A DNA stretch of 61,704 nucleotides, filler included, from Callorhinchus milii (Eukaryota), in the NCBI RefSeq assembly GCF_018977255.1. It is 2 parts of 2 records of this genome, joined end to end, with 100 filler letters (N's around TTAATTAATTAA, not from the genome) between each part and the next. Parts side by side here need not be neighbours in the genome. Positions count along the whole stretch, not along the records: positions 1 to 30,839 come from NW_024705625.1; positions 30,940 to 61,704 come from NW_024705626.1. One strand, 5' to 3'. Every line of letters begins with the position of its first letter. Position 1 is the first letter of the stretch. The translations under genes were made by a program, and so were the position numbers. Below, piece after piece: positions 25,210 to 36,897 of this stretch. The notes beneath the pieces are model-generated. The model was not told where the DNA came from. It did no database searches and worked only from the letters and a program-made list of their open reading frames with translations.

Positions 25210-26230
25210 CAAGAACAAATTACAATTGTATAACATCTTTCATGTCAGAAGGACATCCAAAGGTGCTGTACAGTCAGAGATCCACACCAGAGCTGGTGGT
25301 TGGGATCTGGAGGGCAGGGAGGGTAGGGGTATGAGGGTGACTGAAGGTACGGTCGTAGAGGAGGGTCTTGAGATGGGTCTTCAAAGAGGCAAAGGAGAGG
25401 GCGAGGCCAGAAGGGAAGGACTGTGGGATTAAGTTCCAGTGTGTGGGGCAAGAGAGACTGAAGTCCCATACCTCAATGGTAGGGCGGGCAAGCAAGGGTC
25501 ATGAAGCTGGCCGGAGTCCGCTGAGAGGAGAAGGCGGACAGGTTGGTCCGAGGTTCGGAGGTCGCAGGGTTCGGGGGGAGCAATTCCATGTGGAGCTTTA
25601 AAGGTGAAGAACAGGATCTTGAACTGTGTCTGCTGTGTGAAGGGAAGCCAGTGGAGCCGGGCAACGATGGGGGTGATGGGGTCGCGTTGCCTGTTGCGGG
25701 AGAGGATATGCACTGTAGATTTCTGGATAATCTGCAGCCTGTGGAGGGAGGAGTTGGGGAGGACGACAAGCATGGAGTTTGTGTAGTCGATCCTGGATGT
25801 GATCAATGCGTGAATAAAGGTTTCGGTGAGAGATAATGGCAGAGCCGGGTAATATTGCGGAGGTGGAGAAAAGTGGAGTAGCTCATGAATGGATGTGTCG
25901 GTTGAAGAACAGTTGAGGTTCGAACAGGATTCTGAGGTTCTGTATTGGCTCTGTGAGGTGTGGAGTGCATCCATGAAGGGTGATGCTGTCATTTCCCAAA
26001 GGATGGAGGCACTGACAGGAGCCAAGCAGGAGGGACTTGGTGTTGTGGGCATTCAACTACAGGAAGTACTCTCATCCAGGACTTGATGTCTGACAGGTAG
26101 AGTTGTGTATCATTCACATGTGGAAACTGACCTCATGTCTGCAGACAAATGCCACCAAGAGGGAGCGTGTAAGTTTTGATAAGGAGAGGACCAGGGACAG
26201 AGGTTTGGGGAACGTCACATGTGATTGTGC
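25210..26230 (-). mobile_element. L2 LINE fragment
   Basis: ETFIHALITSRIDYTNS...LHWLPF...FKIL. Confidence 0.75.
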
Positions 26231-27319
26231 GAGGGCTGGAGGAGAAGTCATTCATGGATACAAAGTGGTACAGACGGGAATGACATTGAACATCTCATCC
26301 AAAGGATGGCACTTCCAACAATGTGGTGCTCTCTCCCCAGCAATGCACTGGAGAATCAGCTTAGACTACATGGGTTCCAAGAATCTCAGACACGTACTCA
26401 GGGAGAGCAGAGCTGGTAACAGCAGTCCGAGAGAACTACCATGGCTCAGTCACTGTGTATCAGCCTGGAGGGTTTTGTTCAGGACGGTGCAGAATATTGA
26501 GAGTTTCTATATACGAACTGCAGGAGAACGACTTCTAAATTCGCACTGAAATGCAGTGAATTTTACCAAACTTTGCTGCCCCTTAAAATTTATGGTGATG
26601 GTCTTCTGCCTTAGAGTATGAGAATTTCAGACACTCAGGAGAGCAAAGACGTACTGATGTTCTACAAGTTTAATCGCGTGGAGATTCACTACACACCTAC
26701 ACAATACACAGTGACTGCCTGGGAGTGCTGGATGGGCAATGTAGAGGGACCTTTACTCCACACTCCAAATGGTCTGCAGCTGTTTTAACTTGTGAGAGAG
26801 CAATGTTGCATTTCTTTTTACAAAGGAACCATTTTACAAAAGACACACAGGGCACCCACACAACTGTTTTAGTGGAGATCAATTTGAAAAGGGAATCAGA
26901 AGAAAGAATTGAGAAGATAGAAATAAATAAATATCATTCATCTCATGATCAGTCTGGTCTTTGTGTTTCGGGGCGACTTCCGATAGCGCCTAATGTGCCT
27001 TATCAGGGTGTGCGTGGGCATATGGATGTGGTGTAGGTGACCTGATGTCTATTGTAAAATGGTTCCTTTGAGAAAAGAAATGCAACATAGCTCTCTCCCA
27101 TGTCAGAGTAGGTGTCGACCATTTTCCATGCGAAAATGAGTAAAAAGGAATGGAAAGTTTGTTGTCTTTTGTTTGTCATCCTTAAGATAGAATATTCTGC
27201 GAAGCGAGTCACAACCGGCTCCCATCATATCTTATGAGATTGATTGTAAATTTCAAATATATAAACATTGCAAACATGAGATATAACTTGTCACGTTCAT
27301 TGCAGAATCCTACAGCAGG

Positions 27320-28415
27320 GTTTAGGAGGTCACAGGTGTAGTTCGGGACAAGACGGTGTAGGGATTTAAAGTGGAGGACTCTATTCTCGGGGGGATGGGG
27401 AGCCAGTGGAGCCCGGCGAGGATGGGGGTGATGGGGTCACAGAGTTTAGTGCAGGAGAGGACATGAGCTGCAGAGTCAACAACAACAACTTGGATTTATA
27501 TTGCGCCGTCCACGCCGTACAACATAAATAACAACAAGATTGCATTTATAGAGCACCTTTCACATCGGGAGGACGTCCCAAGGCACTGAACAGGGGTCAG
27601 TGAAGGACCAGGGCCAGAGGGAAAGGAGTTCAGTGGACGGCGTCTCAGAGCGCTTTACATTAATGGATTCCGGGGCCGAGCCGGGGGGGTGGGGAGGAAG
27701 TTGATCAAAGCCACAGTCGAAAATTAAGGTCTTCAGTCGAGACCTGAAAAGAGAAAGAGAGGGGGTGAGGCAAAGGGAGTGAGAAGGGAGTTCCAGAGCC
27801 GCGGGGCATAGTGACTGATGGCAAGGCCAACAAGGGTGGAGCGGAGTACTCGGGGGACAAGTAGGAGGCCAGACCTGGTGGAAAGAAGGCAATGGGCATT
27901 ATTTTGAGGAGAGAGGATGTGAGAGAGGTAGGGGGATGCAGAGGAGTGGAGGGATTTGAAGACAAGTGTGAGTACCTTGAAGTCGATCCGCTCTGGGAAA
28001 AACAGCCAGTGCAGACTGCCAAGGATTTGGGTAATCGTGGAGTGGACTTTGGTTCGGGTGAGAATGTGGTTGGCAGAGTTTTGTGTAATCTTGATTTTAT
28101 GGGGGGAGACCGGCGAGGAGGGCGTTTGGGTAGTCCAGCCGAGAGGTGACAAAGGCATGGTCCAGGATTTCAGCGTCCTTCAGAGAGAGGTATTGGTGGA
28201 GACGGGCGATGCGTCGGAGGTGAAAGAAATTGGTGCTGGTGAGAAATCGGATGTCGGGGAGGAAGGATAATTGGGGGTCGAACCTGATGCCGAGGTTGCG
28301 TAAAGGTTCGGAGACTTTTAGGGGGAGGACGGGCAGTTGGTTGATGTCAGAACTGTGAGATTTTAAACATTGATGAGAGCCAAAATGTGTGGTTTGCATA
28401 TTGTCAACATTCAAT
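27320..28415 (-). mobile_element. Composite L2 LINE fragments (paralogous to 6280-7250)
   Basis: RNLGIRFDPQLSF...HAFVTSRLDYPNALL; LHWL..PERIDFK; APRLWNSL. Confidence 0.75.
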
Positions 28416-28491
28416 GACAATCACATTCTCATCCTTTCTCCTGCGCTGGTGACAGACAGCGCTCCATTCCGCTGCCTCAGCTTTGCCTTCT

Positions 28492-28626
28492 TTATACGCA
28501 GCAAATGCCCTCAACACTAAGGCCATCTCCAACATGTCTCTGTGATGCCAGACACGAATCCGCGCAAACCCCTCCATGCAATTCACAAATCCAGGACGTC
28601 AATCTCATTGTACCTGCATATTCACC
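28492..28626 (-). pseudogene. Orphan defensin exon 2 (copy F), five cysteines: GEYAGTMRLTSWICELHGGVCADSCLASQRHVGDGLSVEGICCV*
   Basis: Stop-free exon-2 paralogue directly after the 3' UTR of copy E. Cys4 is replaced by Gly (GGC), and it has no exon 1 of its own. Confidence 0.72.
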
Positions 28627-28757
28627 TTGATTGCCCTCCACCCTGTTGTTCAGGGAGGTGGGTTACAAGCTACAGGAGGCCGGTGGCTGTATCTCATCCT
28701 TTACTCCTGCGCTGCTGACAGACAGCGCTCCATTCCGCTGCCTCAGCTTTTCCCTTT

Positions 28758-29147
28758 TTATATGCAGCAAATGCCCCCAACATCAGAGCAATATCCAACA
28801 AGTCTCTGTGTTGCAAGACACGAATCCGCACACACTCCTCCACGAGATTCACAAAATCAGGACATCGATCTTATTGTACCTGCATTTTCGCCTCACCCTG
28901 AACAGATATACTCAGTTATGCATCGTCGCTCACGCCACACGGACTTCTCAGAGCTTCACAACAGCTCACACTCACACAGCGTCACTCACACCGCGCGGAT
29001 GATGTGTGGGGAGCGAGTCGGGCGGGGAGTGCAGGGCTGGAGGGGGTTGGTGAGGAGGACAGAGACGAACATTGGGATTTACTCACGTTGACTGGTGACT
29101 CCCTGAGCCATGAACAGCACAGAGAGAGCGAGCACTAAGCAGTACAT
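28758..29147 (-). pseudogene. Beta-defensin-like pseudogene E (exon 1 29147-29087, exon 2 28897-28758)
   Basis: Signal exon is intact. Core CESRGGVCADSCLATQRLVGYCSDVGGICC is preceded by in-frame TGAs at 28895-28893 and 28859-28857. Confidence 0.8.
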
Positions 29148-30839
29148 GGTCTCTGGAAGTCTGGAAGCCTTGTAAAGACCGCAGAGACACGTTGGTCAGA
29201 GACTGTATGAAGTTGTCTGAATATGGCAGGTTTTATCCCCTTCACATACTGAGGACAGTGGTTACATATGCAAAGCACTCCGACTGCTTTCATTGCCAAT
29301 GTGAGGGGTGTTTCACACTCGGTTTGCAAAATAATGAGTTATTTGTGATGATGGAGAGATACAAGAGATTGTGCTCCATCCTGTGTTCTGGGCCAAAGAC
29401 AATTCGCTTGTGGCTGTTTGAGGGGATGTTGTTGGGCTCCAATTGGCTGCCATGTTGGCCCACAAAACACACAGTCACTGCACTTTACAGTGAAGAATTA
29501 TGAGGGGATTCGATCGGATGGTCAGGGAGAAACTATTTGAACTAGAGGGCTGGTTGGTAACCCGAGGACTCCAATTTGAAACAGTTGCTAACATAAACAG
29601 AGGTGCGGTAATCTGCAAGAATTTGTTGGGATCTGGAGTGCATTGCATGAAAGGCTGGTGGAAGCCGATTCGATCACAGCTTTTTAGAGAGAAGTAGTTA
29701 ATTATTTGTGGAGGTCAAGTTTGCAGAACTATGGGGAGAGAGTGGGGGAGTGGGATTGAATTGGATTAGTCTTTTCAAAGAGTTGGCACAGACACGAGGG
29801 GCCGATTGGCCTCCTTCTGTGCTGTACAATCCAATAATTCTATCATATGGTGGAAATGTTGCTCTCTGAGAAGGTGTTGATCTAATTGCGATTAGCACTA
29901 ATGGAAATTAGTGCTAATTAATGTGAAATGCTGTTCTCTGTCCTGCGCTTTGGGACATCCTCCTGACATGAAAGGCGCTGTACAAATGTAATCTTGTCGT
30001 TTTTTGTTGTTGGTAACAATTGATCCCAACATTTTACCTTTTCAGTGATAAATTTGCGCTGTATGGTTTTTAGATTTGAGTCCATACTTTCCACTATTCT
30101 CGATGATTGATGATGGTGCAATATGGAATTCCTGTGTAATTCCAGCAACTGCATTACACATCCCATTATCTTTCATGAAAAGTGAGAACCTTGATCTCAA
30201 TCAACAACAACAACAACAGCAAGATTGCATTTATAGAGCACCTTTCGCGTCTGAAGGATGTCCCAAGGCGCTGGACAGTTGGGTCGGGACCCGAGCAGTG
30301 GGGAAATGGTCAGGGTGAGGGGACGGAAGAGAGGGAGCGAGGAGGTGGTAGAGAGTCGAGAGGGAATCTGAAGGCACGGTTGAAGAGAAAGGTCTTGAGA
30401 CCGGCCTTGAAGGAGGAAAGGGAGGAAGCGGCGAAGGAACTGGGGGATGGAGTTCCAGAGCCTCGGGGCTGAGAGGCTGAAAGCCCGGCTACCAATGCTC
30501 GGGCAGTTGGGGCGGGGGATGTGGAGCAGACCGGAGCCAGAGGAACGGAGGGTAAAGGCAGGATCTTGAATTCGATCCTCTGGGGGATGGGGAGCCAGTG
30601 GAGGCGAGCGAGGGTGGGAGTGATGTGGTCGTGAAGCCTGGTGCGGGACAGTACATGAGCTGCAGAGTTCCTAATGACCTGCAGCTTGTGGAGGGAGGTG
30701 TCGGGAAGGCCGACGAGGAGAGAGTTCCCATAGTCCAGCCTTGAGGTGACAAAGGAGTGGACCAGTGTTTCAGCAGCGTGAGGGGTGAAACCTGTCAATA
30801 CCTGTTTGAAGGCAATAATCAATACCTGTTTGAAGCCCA

Positions 30840-30939
30840 NNNNNNNNNNNNNNNNNNNNNNNNNNNNNNNNNNNNNNNNNNNNTTAATTAATTAANNNNN
30901 NNNNNNNNNNNNNNNNNNNNNNNNNNNNNNNNNNNNNNN
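30840..30939. other. Artificial contig-joining spacer N44-TTAATTAATTAA-N44
   Basis: Exactly 100 nt. The palindromic 12-mer at 30884-30895 gives stops in all six frames. Confidence 0.97.
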
Positions 30940-31320
30940 CAACAACCACAACAACAACCACAACAACCACACAACAATCACAACAACAACAATCACAACA
31001 ACAAACAATCACAACAACAACCACAACAACAATCACAACAACAACAATCACAACAACAACCACAACCAACAACAACCACAACAACAACCACAACAATCAC
31101 AACACAACAACAACCACAACAATCACAAACAACAATCACAACAACAACAATCACAACAACAACAACCACAACAAACAATCACAACAACAATCAAAACAAC
31201 AATCACAACAACCACAACAATCACAACAACAACAACAATCACAACAACAACAACCACAACAACAACAATCACACCACAACAACAATCACAACAACAATCA
31301 CAACCACAACAACAACAACG
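30940..31320. repeat. (CAA/CAC/AAT)-rich microsatellite
   Basis: Visible low-complexity tandem. Confidence 0.95.
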
Positions 31321-31359
31321 AGAATTCATCACCTCAGATTTCAGAAAAAGCGTGGAGCG

Positions 31360-31560
31360 GGCAGCTTCCTGTTACCCCGTGACGTCACGCGGAAGCAGAA
31401 AGTGACATGACGTCACTTCCGGGATACAAGCCACGCCCCTCCACAGATTCAGCAGTGACCATCGCGAGGTGACGTCACGCACAAGAGCGCGGGTGGAGGG
31501 GAAAACATTGGTGACATGACGTCACTAGCGAGGTTCACGTCGATGACGTCATGCTGAGTG
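31360..31560. promoter_or_regulatory. CpG-rich promoter-like island with five perfect CRE palindromes, ETS cores and a KLF/Sp box
   Basis: TGACGTCA at 31380, 31408, 31470, 31517 and 31544; CGGAAG / CTTCCGG; GCCACGCCCC. Confidence 0.65.
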
Positions 31561-31654
31561 GAGTTGAAGTTTATTTTGAGTCAATTTCCATTGCTCCATC
31601 TCTTGAACAGAGACCCCTTGGGTGGGTGAGCTCAGCAGCTACAATGTTTACATT

Positions 31655-33187
31655 ATTGTGTGTACACAGTGTGTGTGTGTGTGTACACTGTGTGTGTACT
31701 GTGTGTGTGTGTACACTGTGTGTGTGTGTACACTGTGTGTGTACACTGTGTGTGTGTACACTGTGTGTGTACACTGTGTGTGTGTGTGTGTACACTGTGT
31801 GTGTACACAGTGTGTGTGTACAGTGTGTACAGTGTGTGTGTGTACACAGTGAGTGTGTGTGTACACTGTGTGTGTACACTGTGTGTGTGTACACAGTGAG
31901 TGTGTGTACACAGTGAGTGTGTGTGACTGTGTGTGTATGTGTACTTGTGTGTGTGTAGACTGTGTGTACACAGTGAGTGTGTACACTGTGTGTGTGTACA
32001 CTGTGAGTGTGTGTACATTGTGTGTGTGTACACTGTGTGTGTATACACTGTGTGTGTGTGTACACTGAGTGTGTGTGTACATTGTGTGTGTGTACACTGT
32101 GTGTGTGTATACACTGTGTGTGTGTGTACACTGAGTGTGTGTGTACATTGTGTGTGTGTGTACACTTGTGTACAGTGAGTGTTGGTACAGTTGTTGTGTG
32201 TGTACACTGTGTGTGTGTACACTGTGTGTGTACACACTGTGTGTGTAGACTGTGTTCAGTGTGTACAGTTTGTAGACACTATGTGTGTGTACACAGTGAG
32301 TGTGTACACAGTGAGTGTGTACACTGTGTGTGTGTGTGTACACAGTGAGTGTGTACACAGTGAGTGTGTACACTGTGTGTGTGTGTGTACACAGTGAGTG
32401 TGTACACAGTGAGTGTGTACACTGTGTGTGTGTGTTACACAGTGAGTGTGTACACTGTGTGTGTGTACACTGTGTGTGTGTACACAGTGAGTGTGTACAC
32501 ACTGTGTGTGTAGACTGTGTAGACACCGTGTGTGTACAGTGTGTGTGTACACAGTGTGTGTACACTGTGTGTAGACTGTTTGTAGACTGTGTGTGTACAC
32601 ACTGTGTGTACGTACACTGTGTGTGTACACACACACTGTGTGTGTGTGTGTACACACACACACTGTGTGTGTGTGTGTACACACTGTGTGTGTGTGTGTA
32701 CACAGTGTGTGTGTACACTGTGTGTGTGTAGACTGTTTGTAGACTGTGTGTGTACACACTGTGTGTACGTACACTGTGTGTGTACACACACACTGTGTGT
32801 GTGTACACACACTGTGTGTGTACACACACACTGTGTGTGTGTGTACACACACTGCTGTGTGTGTGTGTGTGTACACACACAGTGTGTGTGTACACTGTGT
32901 GTGTGTAGACTGTAGACACTGTGTGTGTGTACACACACAGTGTGTGTGTACACTGTGTGTGTGTAGACTGTAGACACTGTGTGTGTGTACACACTGTGTG
33001 TGTACACACACACTGTGTGTGTGTAGACTGTAGACACTGTGTGTGTGTATCACTGTGTGTGTACACTGTGTGTGTATACACTGTGTGTATACACTGTGTG
33101 TGTATACACTGTGTGTGTACACTGTGTGTGTGTACACTGTGTGTGTATACACTGTGTGTATACACTGTGTGTGTGTGTATACTGTGA
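31655..33187. repeat. (TG)n / TGTACAC compound satellite
   Basis: About 1.5 kb of TG dinucleotides punctuated by GTAC palindromes. Confidence 0.97.
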
Positions 33188-33254
33188 CGGAGAATCAAAC
33201 TCAGGTGGTCTGTTTCATGGCGCACTGTTCTCAGCTTAACGTCAAGATGACATT

Positions 33255-33657
33255 TTTTATTTCGATGTAAAGCTTTCGTGAGTGCAGGGATTCATCTTCT
33301 TGGTTCTTTCGGTAAAGTCACGTAGAAGGGAAGTAATAAAATAATAAAAATTAAACATAATAAAATAATAAACTTTTGATGTAAAGCTTTTGTGAGTGCA
33401 GGGATTCATCTTCTTGGTTCTTTCGGTAAAGTCACGTAGAAGGGAAATAAAATAATAAAAATTAAACATAATAAAATAATAAACTTTTGATGTAAAGTTT
33501 TCGTGACTGCAGGGATTCATCTTCTTGGTTCTTTCGGTAAAGTCACGTAGAAGGGAAATAATAAAATAATAAAAATTAAACATAATAAAATAATAAACTT
33601 TTGATGTAAAGCTTTCGTGACTGCAGGGATTCATCTTCTTGGTTCTTTCGGTAAAGA
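33255..33657 (-). repeat. Tandem ~115-117-bp repeats of a Penelope-like terminal sequence (3 full copies plus a partial), with an inverted copy at ~33715-33812
   Basis: Unit GCTTTCGTGACTGCAGGGATTCATCTTCTTGGTTCTTTCGGTAAAGTCACGTAG + AT-rich tract. The same motif recurs at ~34170-34320, 44695-44880, 46275-46470, 53090-53305, 54180-54350 and 56470-56565. Confidence 0.7.
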
Positions 33658-34073
33658 CCTGTGCTTGACCTGAGAACGGCTGCTTGCGTTGTGGTCTAAA
33701 CTTCGTGAGAATTGTATTTTATTATGTTTTATTTTTATTATTTCCCTTCTACGTGACTTTAACGAAAGAACCAAGAAGATGAATCCCTGCAGTCACGAAA
33801 GCTTTAAATCGAAATGTATTAAATAACACATTTGGGTCGTTTGTTAGCCCATTACTCTATAATAAAGGGGGGTGTTTTGAGTTAGATCTCATAACCTTTT
33901 ATGATGTTGACATAGCGAAAACATACGTGTTAAACTCACCCACTAATAGCTCACATTTTTTCCAGAGGTTTTAAAAAAATGTATATTAAATATTATAATA
34001 CGCTTTAGTTATTTCGGTAAAGTCACGTAGGTAAAAAATGAAATTAAAATTAATAAAAATAAAATAATAAAAA

Positions 34074-34119
34074 TCACGACGTTTCGGAGGCAACACAAGT
34101 CTCCGTCATCAGGTGGGAC
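34074..34119 (-). ncRNA. Minimal type-I hammerhead ribozyme in a Penelope-like repeat
   Basis: Minus strand reads cac-CTGATGA-c-GGAGAC-ttgtgtt-GCCTCC-GAAAC-GTC-gtg: catalytic core, stem II, palindromic ACGT stem III, GUC cleavage triplet. Confidence 0.75.
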
Positions 34120-34351
34120 TGTCGTGATTTTTATTTTATTTTTATTTATTTTAATTAAATTTTTTACCTACTTGGTGACTTTACCTAAAGAACTAAAAGT
34201 ATGAATCCTTGCAGTCACGAAAGCTTCAAATCTAGAAATATTATAATAAACTATTTTTTTATTTGAAGCTTTCGTGACTGCCGGAATCCATACTCTTTAG
34301 TTCTGTCGGTAAAGTTACGTGGGTCGAAAATTAAAACTGAAAATTAATAAA

Positions 34352-34395
34352 TCACGACGTTTCGATCGCAAAACAAGTGATCGTCCTCAGGCGGA
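34352..34395 (-). ncRNA. Minimal hammerhead ribozyme, copy 2
   Basis: Minus strand: cgc-CTGAGGA-c-GATCAC-ttgtttt-GCGATC-GAAAC-GTC-gtg. Confidence 0.72.
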
Positions 34396-34399
34396 AACA

Positions 34400-34730
34400 A
34401 GTATAACCCGTTAAAACAAAGTTTTTCACTCTAAATCCTTTATATGCGTGGCGGCTAGAGTCCTCTCGTCCTCTGGTTGAGATGGCTGCCACCTATGGGT
34501 CAGATAATTGCATAACACCATTAAGCAATTGGTAATTAAATATGATATTTTTGTCCTAAAAAGTGTCAAATTTTGGAAAAAAAATTTCACGAACATTAAT
34601 TGTCACGCACAACGAGTCTGTGTAGAAAATGTCAGCTGGATTGGATCACGGGAAGTGGGTTAAAAAAACGACCGCAAGATTTGGACGGTCGTAAGCAAGC
34701 AAGCAAGTGAACTTAATATAAAGGATTTAA
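34400..34730. mobile_element. Non-autonomous DNA element with short inverted repeats (TAAATCCTTTATAT...ATATAAAGGATTTA); inverted relative at ~46490-46935
   Basis: Two dispersed copies share ends and a GCAA microsatellite. Superfamily uncertain (MITE or Helentron-associated). Confidence 0.5.
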
Positions 34731-35589
34731 AAAATCATCCATCAGTGTGATATGTAATTTTTTATTTTTATTTTCTACTTACGTGGCTTTACCCAAAGCA
34801 CCAAAGAGTATATTATAATAAACCTTTTATGATAAAAATACGATTTTTTTAATAATATATTTTAAAATATATAATATACAGTATTATATAATATTAGGAG
34901 CCATCCATTTAGTACGTACGTATGAAGGGGGAGCGGGGATTAACCCAAATGTGTACGCTTGCGTATGTGGGGGTCTACTGACAACGTACACATAGGAAAC
35001 GGGGGGGGGGGATTGAAGCCTCGACGAGATGACATTTGTCTATATTGGTCTTCAATGAGCCACAGTTCAGTGTCTCCAGCGGTCAGACACAAGTCCTGCC
35101 GGGAGAAGTGGGACTGTGGCAGAGACGTCACTTCGTGTGCCACGTGCCCCTGACTGCAGCTGTCACGCAGCTCAGCAACATCAGTGGCCGAGGTACCGTA
35201 CCTCATTCTTTAATGCAGCCGGCGTGGACTATCTGTTTGCTTAAACACGTTATATGATTGATCCTTGCTCGTTTCTGCGTGGATTAAATATCGGCCATTC
35301 TATAGGATTCGTGTGTAAAAAAGTCCGCGTGCAACGGGGGGGGAGGGGTCCAGTTATGACAGATTTTTGCGTACCTACTAAATGGATTGCCCCTTAATGG
35401 TTGTTTTATATTTCATATTATAATATTCAATATATAATACACCTTTTTTGTTAATACATTTTTTTTACATTTGTTTTATATAATATAGTATTTTATTTTA
35501 ATGGTTATATTACATTTACTATAACATAATGTTTAATATTACATTATAATAAACCATTTTTAAATATAAAAATTATTTATAAGTCTCCA

Positions 35590-35840
35590 CTGAGCTACGT
35601 AGCTCTTTTTCAGAAGCGACCTGGCCACAAATGATGGTTCTACGAAGTTGGCTTATCACGTGGAAATGTATTGCAGCCAAATACCGGAGGACCCGGAGAA
35701 ACATCCACACGATCACGGGGAGAGAGACACACAAACTCCAAATATACAGCAGCAGCAGGCATCGTCAGGGTCAGGATCGAACCCACGAACCTCCTGTATA
35801 CCAGGCGAGGTAGTTAACATCTCCCAGCCACCACTGCGCC
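35590..35840 (-). mobile_element. tRNA-derived SINE with a V-domain-like core (relatives at ~38170-38520 -, 59960-60205 +)
   Basis: Minus strand has GGTTCGATCC (B box) and TTTCTCCGGGTCCTCCGGT (V-SINE-like). Confidence 0.55.
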
Positions 35841-35934
35841 CACTCCTGACGGTGCTCGTTTAGAATCTCAATGCTTGACGTGTGATTACCGACGGCGATG
35901 TAAAGAGGGGGAGGCCTCCGTCCATTGCTGTATT

Positions 35935-36897
35935 GAGATGGTTGTGACGAAGATGATGATTGTGATGATGACGGTGGTGATGGCGGTGGTGATGGTCGTG
36001 ATGGTTGTGACGAAGATGATGATTGTGATGATGACGGTGGTGATGGTTGTGACGAAGATGATGGTTGTGATGATGACGGTGGTGATGGTTGTGACGAAGA
36101 TGATGGTTGTGATGATGACGATGGTGATGGCGGTGATGGCGGTGGTGATGGTTGTGACGAAGATGATGGTTGTGATGATGACGGTGGTGATGGTTGTGAC
36201 GAAGATGATGATTGTGATGATGACGGTGGTGATGGTTGTGACGAAGATGATGGTTGTGATGATGACGGTGGTGATGGTTGTGACGAAGATGATGGTTGTG
36301 ATGATGACGATGGTGATGGCGGTGATGGCGGTGGTGATGGTTGTGATGAAGATGATGATTGTGATGATGACGGTGGTGATGGTTGTGACGAAGATGATGG
36401 TTGTGATGATGACGGTCGTGATGGTTGTGACGAAGATAATGGTTGTGATGATGACAGTGGTGATGGTTGTGACGAAGATGATGGTTGTGATGATGACGAT
36501 GGTGATGGCGGTGGTGACGGTGGTGATGGTTGTGACGAAGATGATGGTTGTGATGATGACGGTCGTGATGGTTGTGACGAAGATGATGGTTGTGATGTGA
36601 CGATGGTGATGGTTGTGACGAAGATGATGGTTGTGATGAGACGATGGTGATGGCGGTGGTGACGGTGGTGATGGTTGTGACGAAGATGATGGTTTGTATG
36701 ATGACGATGGTGATGGCGTGGTGATGGTCGTGATGGTTGTGATGATGACGATGATGATGGCGGTGGTGATGGTCGTGATGGTTGTGATGAGACGATGGTG
36801 ATGGCGGGTGACGGTCGTGATGGTTGGACGGGTGAGGTTGTGATGATGACGATGGTGATGGCGGTGGTGATGGTCGTGATGGTTGTGACGGTAGTGG
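35935..36897. repeat. (GAT/GGT)n-derived minisatellite with a ~42-bp higher-order unit
   Basis: Repeating GTGATGGTTGTGACGAAGATGATGGTTGTGATGATGACG. Confidence 0.95.

Noticed and set aside
30884..30895. TTAATTAATTAA considered as a biological motif (e.g. piggyBac target)
   Set aside because: It is centred in an exact N44/N44 pad and is a synthetic linker.
30940..31320. C/A-rich contig end considered as a telomere
   Set aside because: Not (CCCTAA)n; it is an irregular CAA-based microsatellite.
31571..33270. Long His/Thr- and Cys/Val-rich ORFs (up to 525 aa)
   Set aside because: Artefacts of the TG/GTAC satellite, which lacks stop codons.
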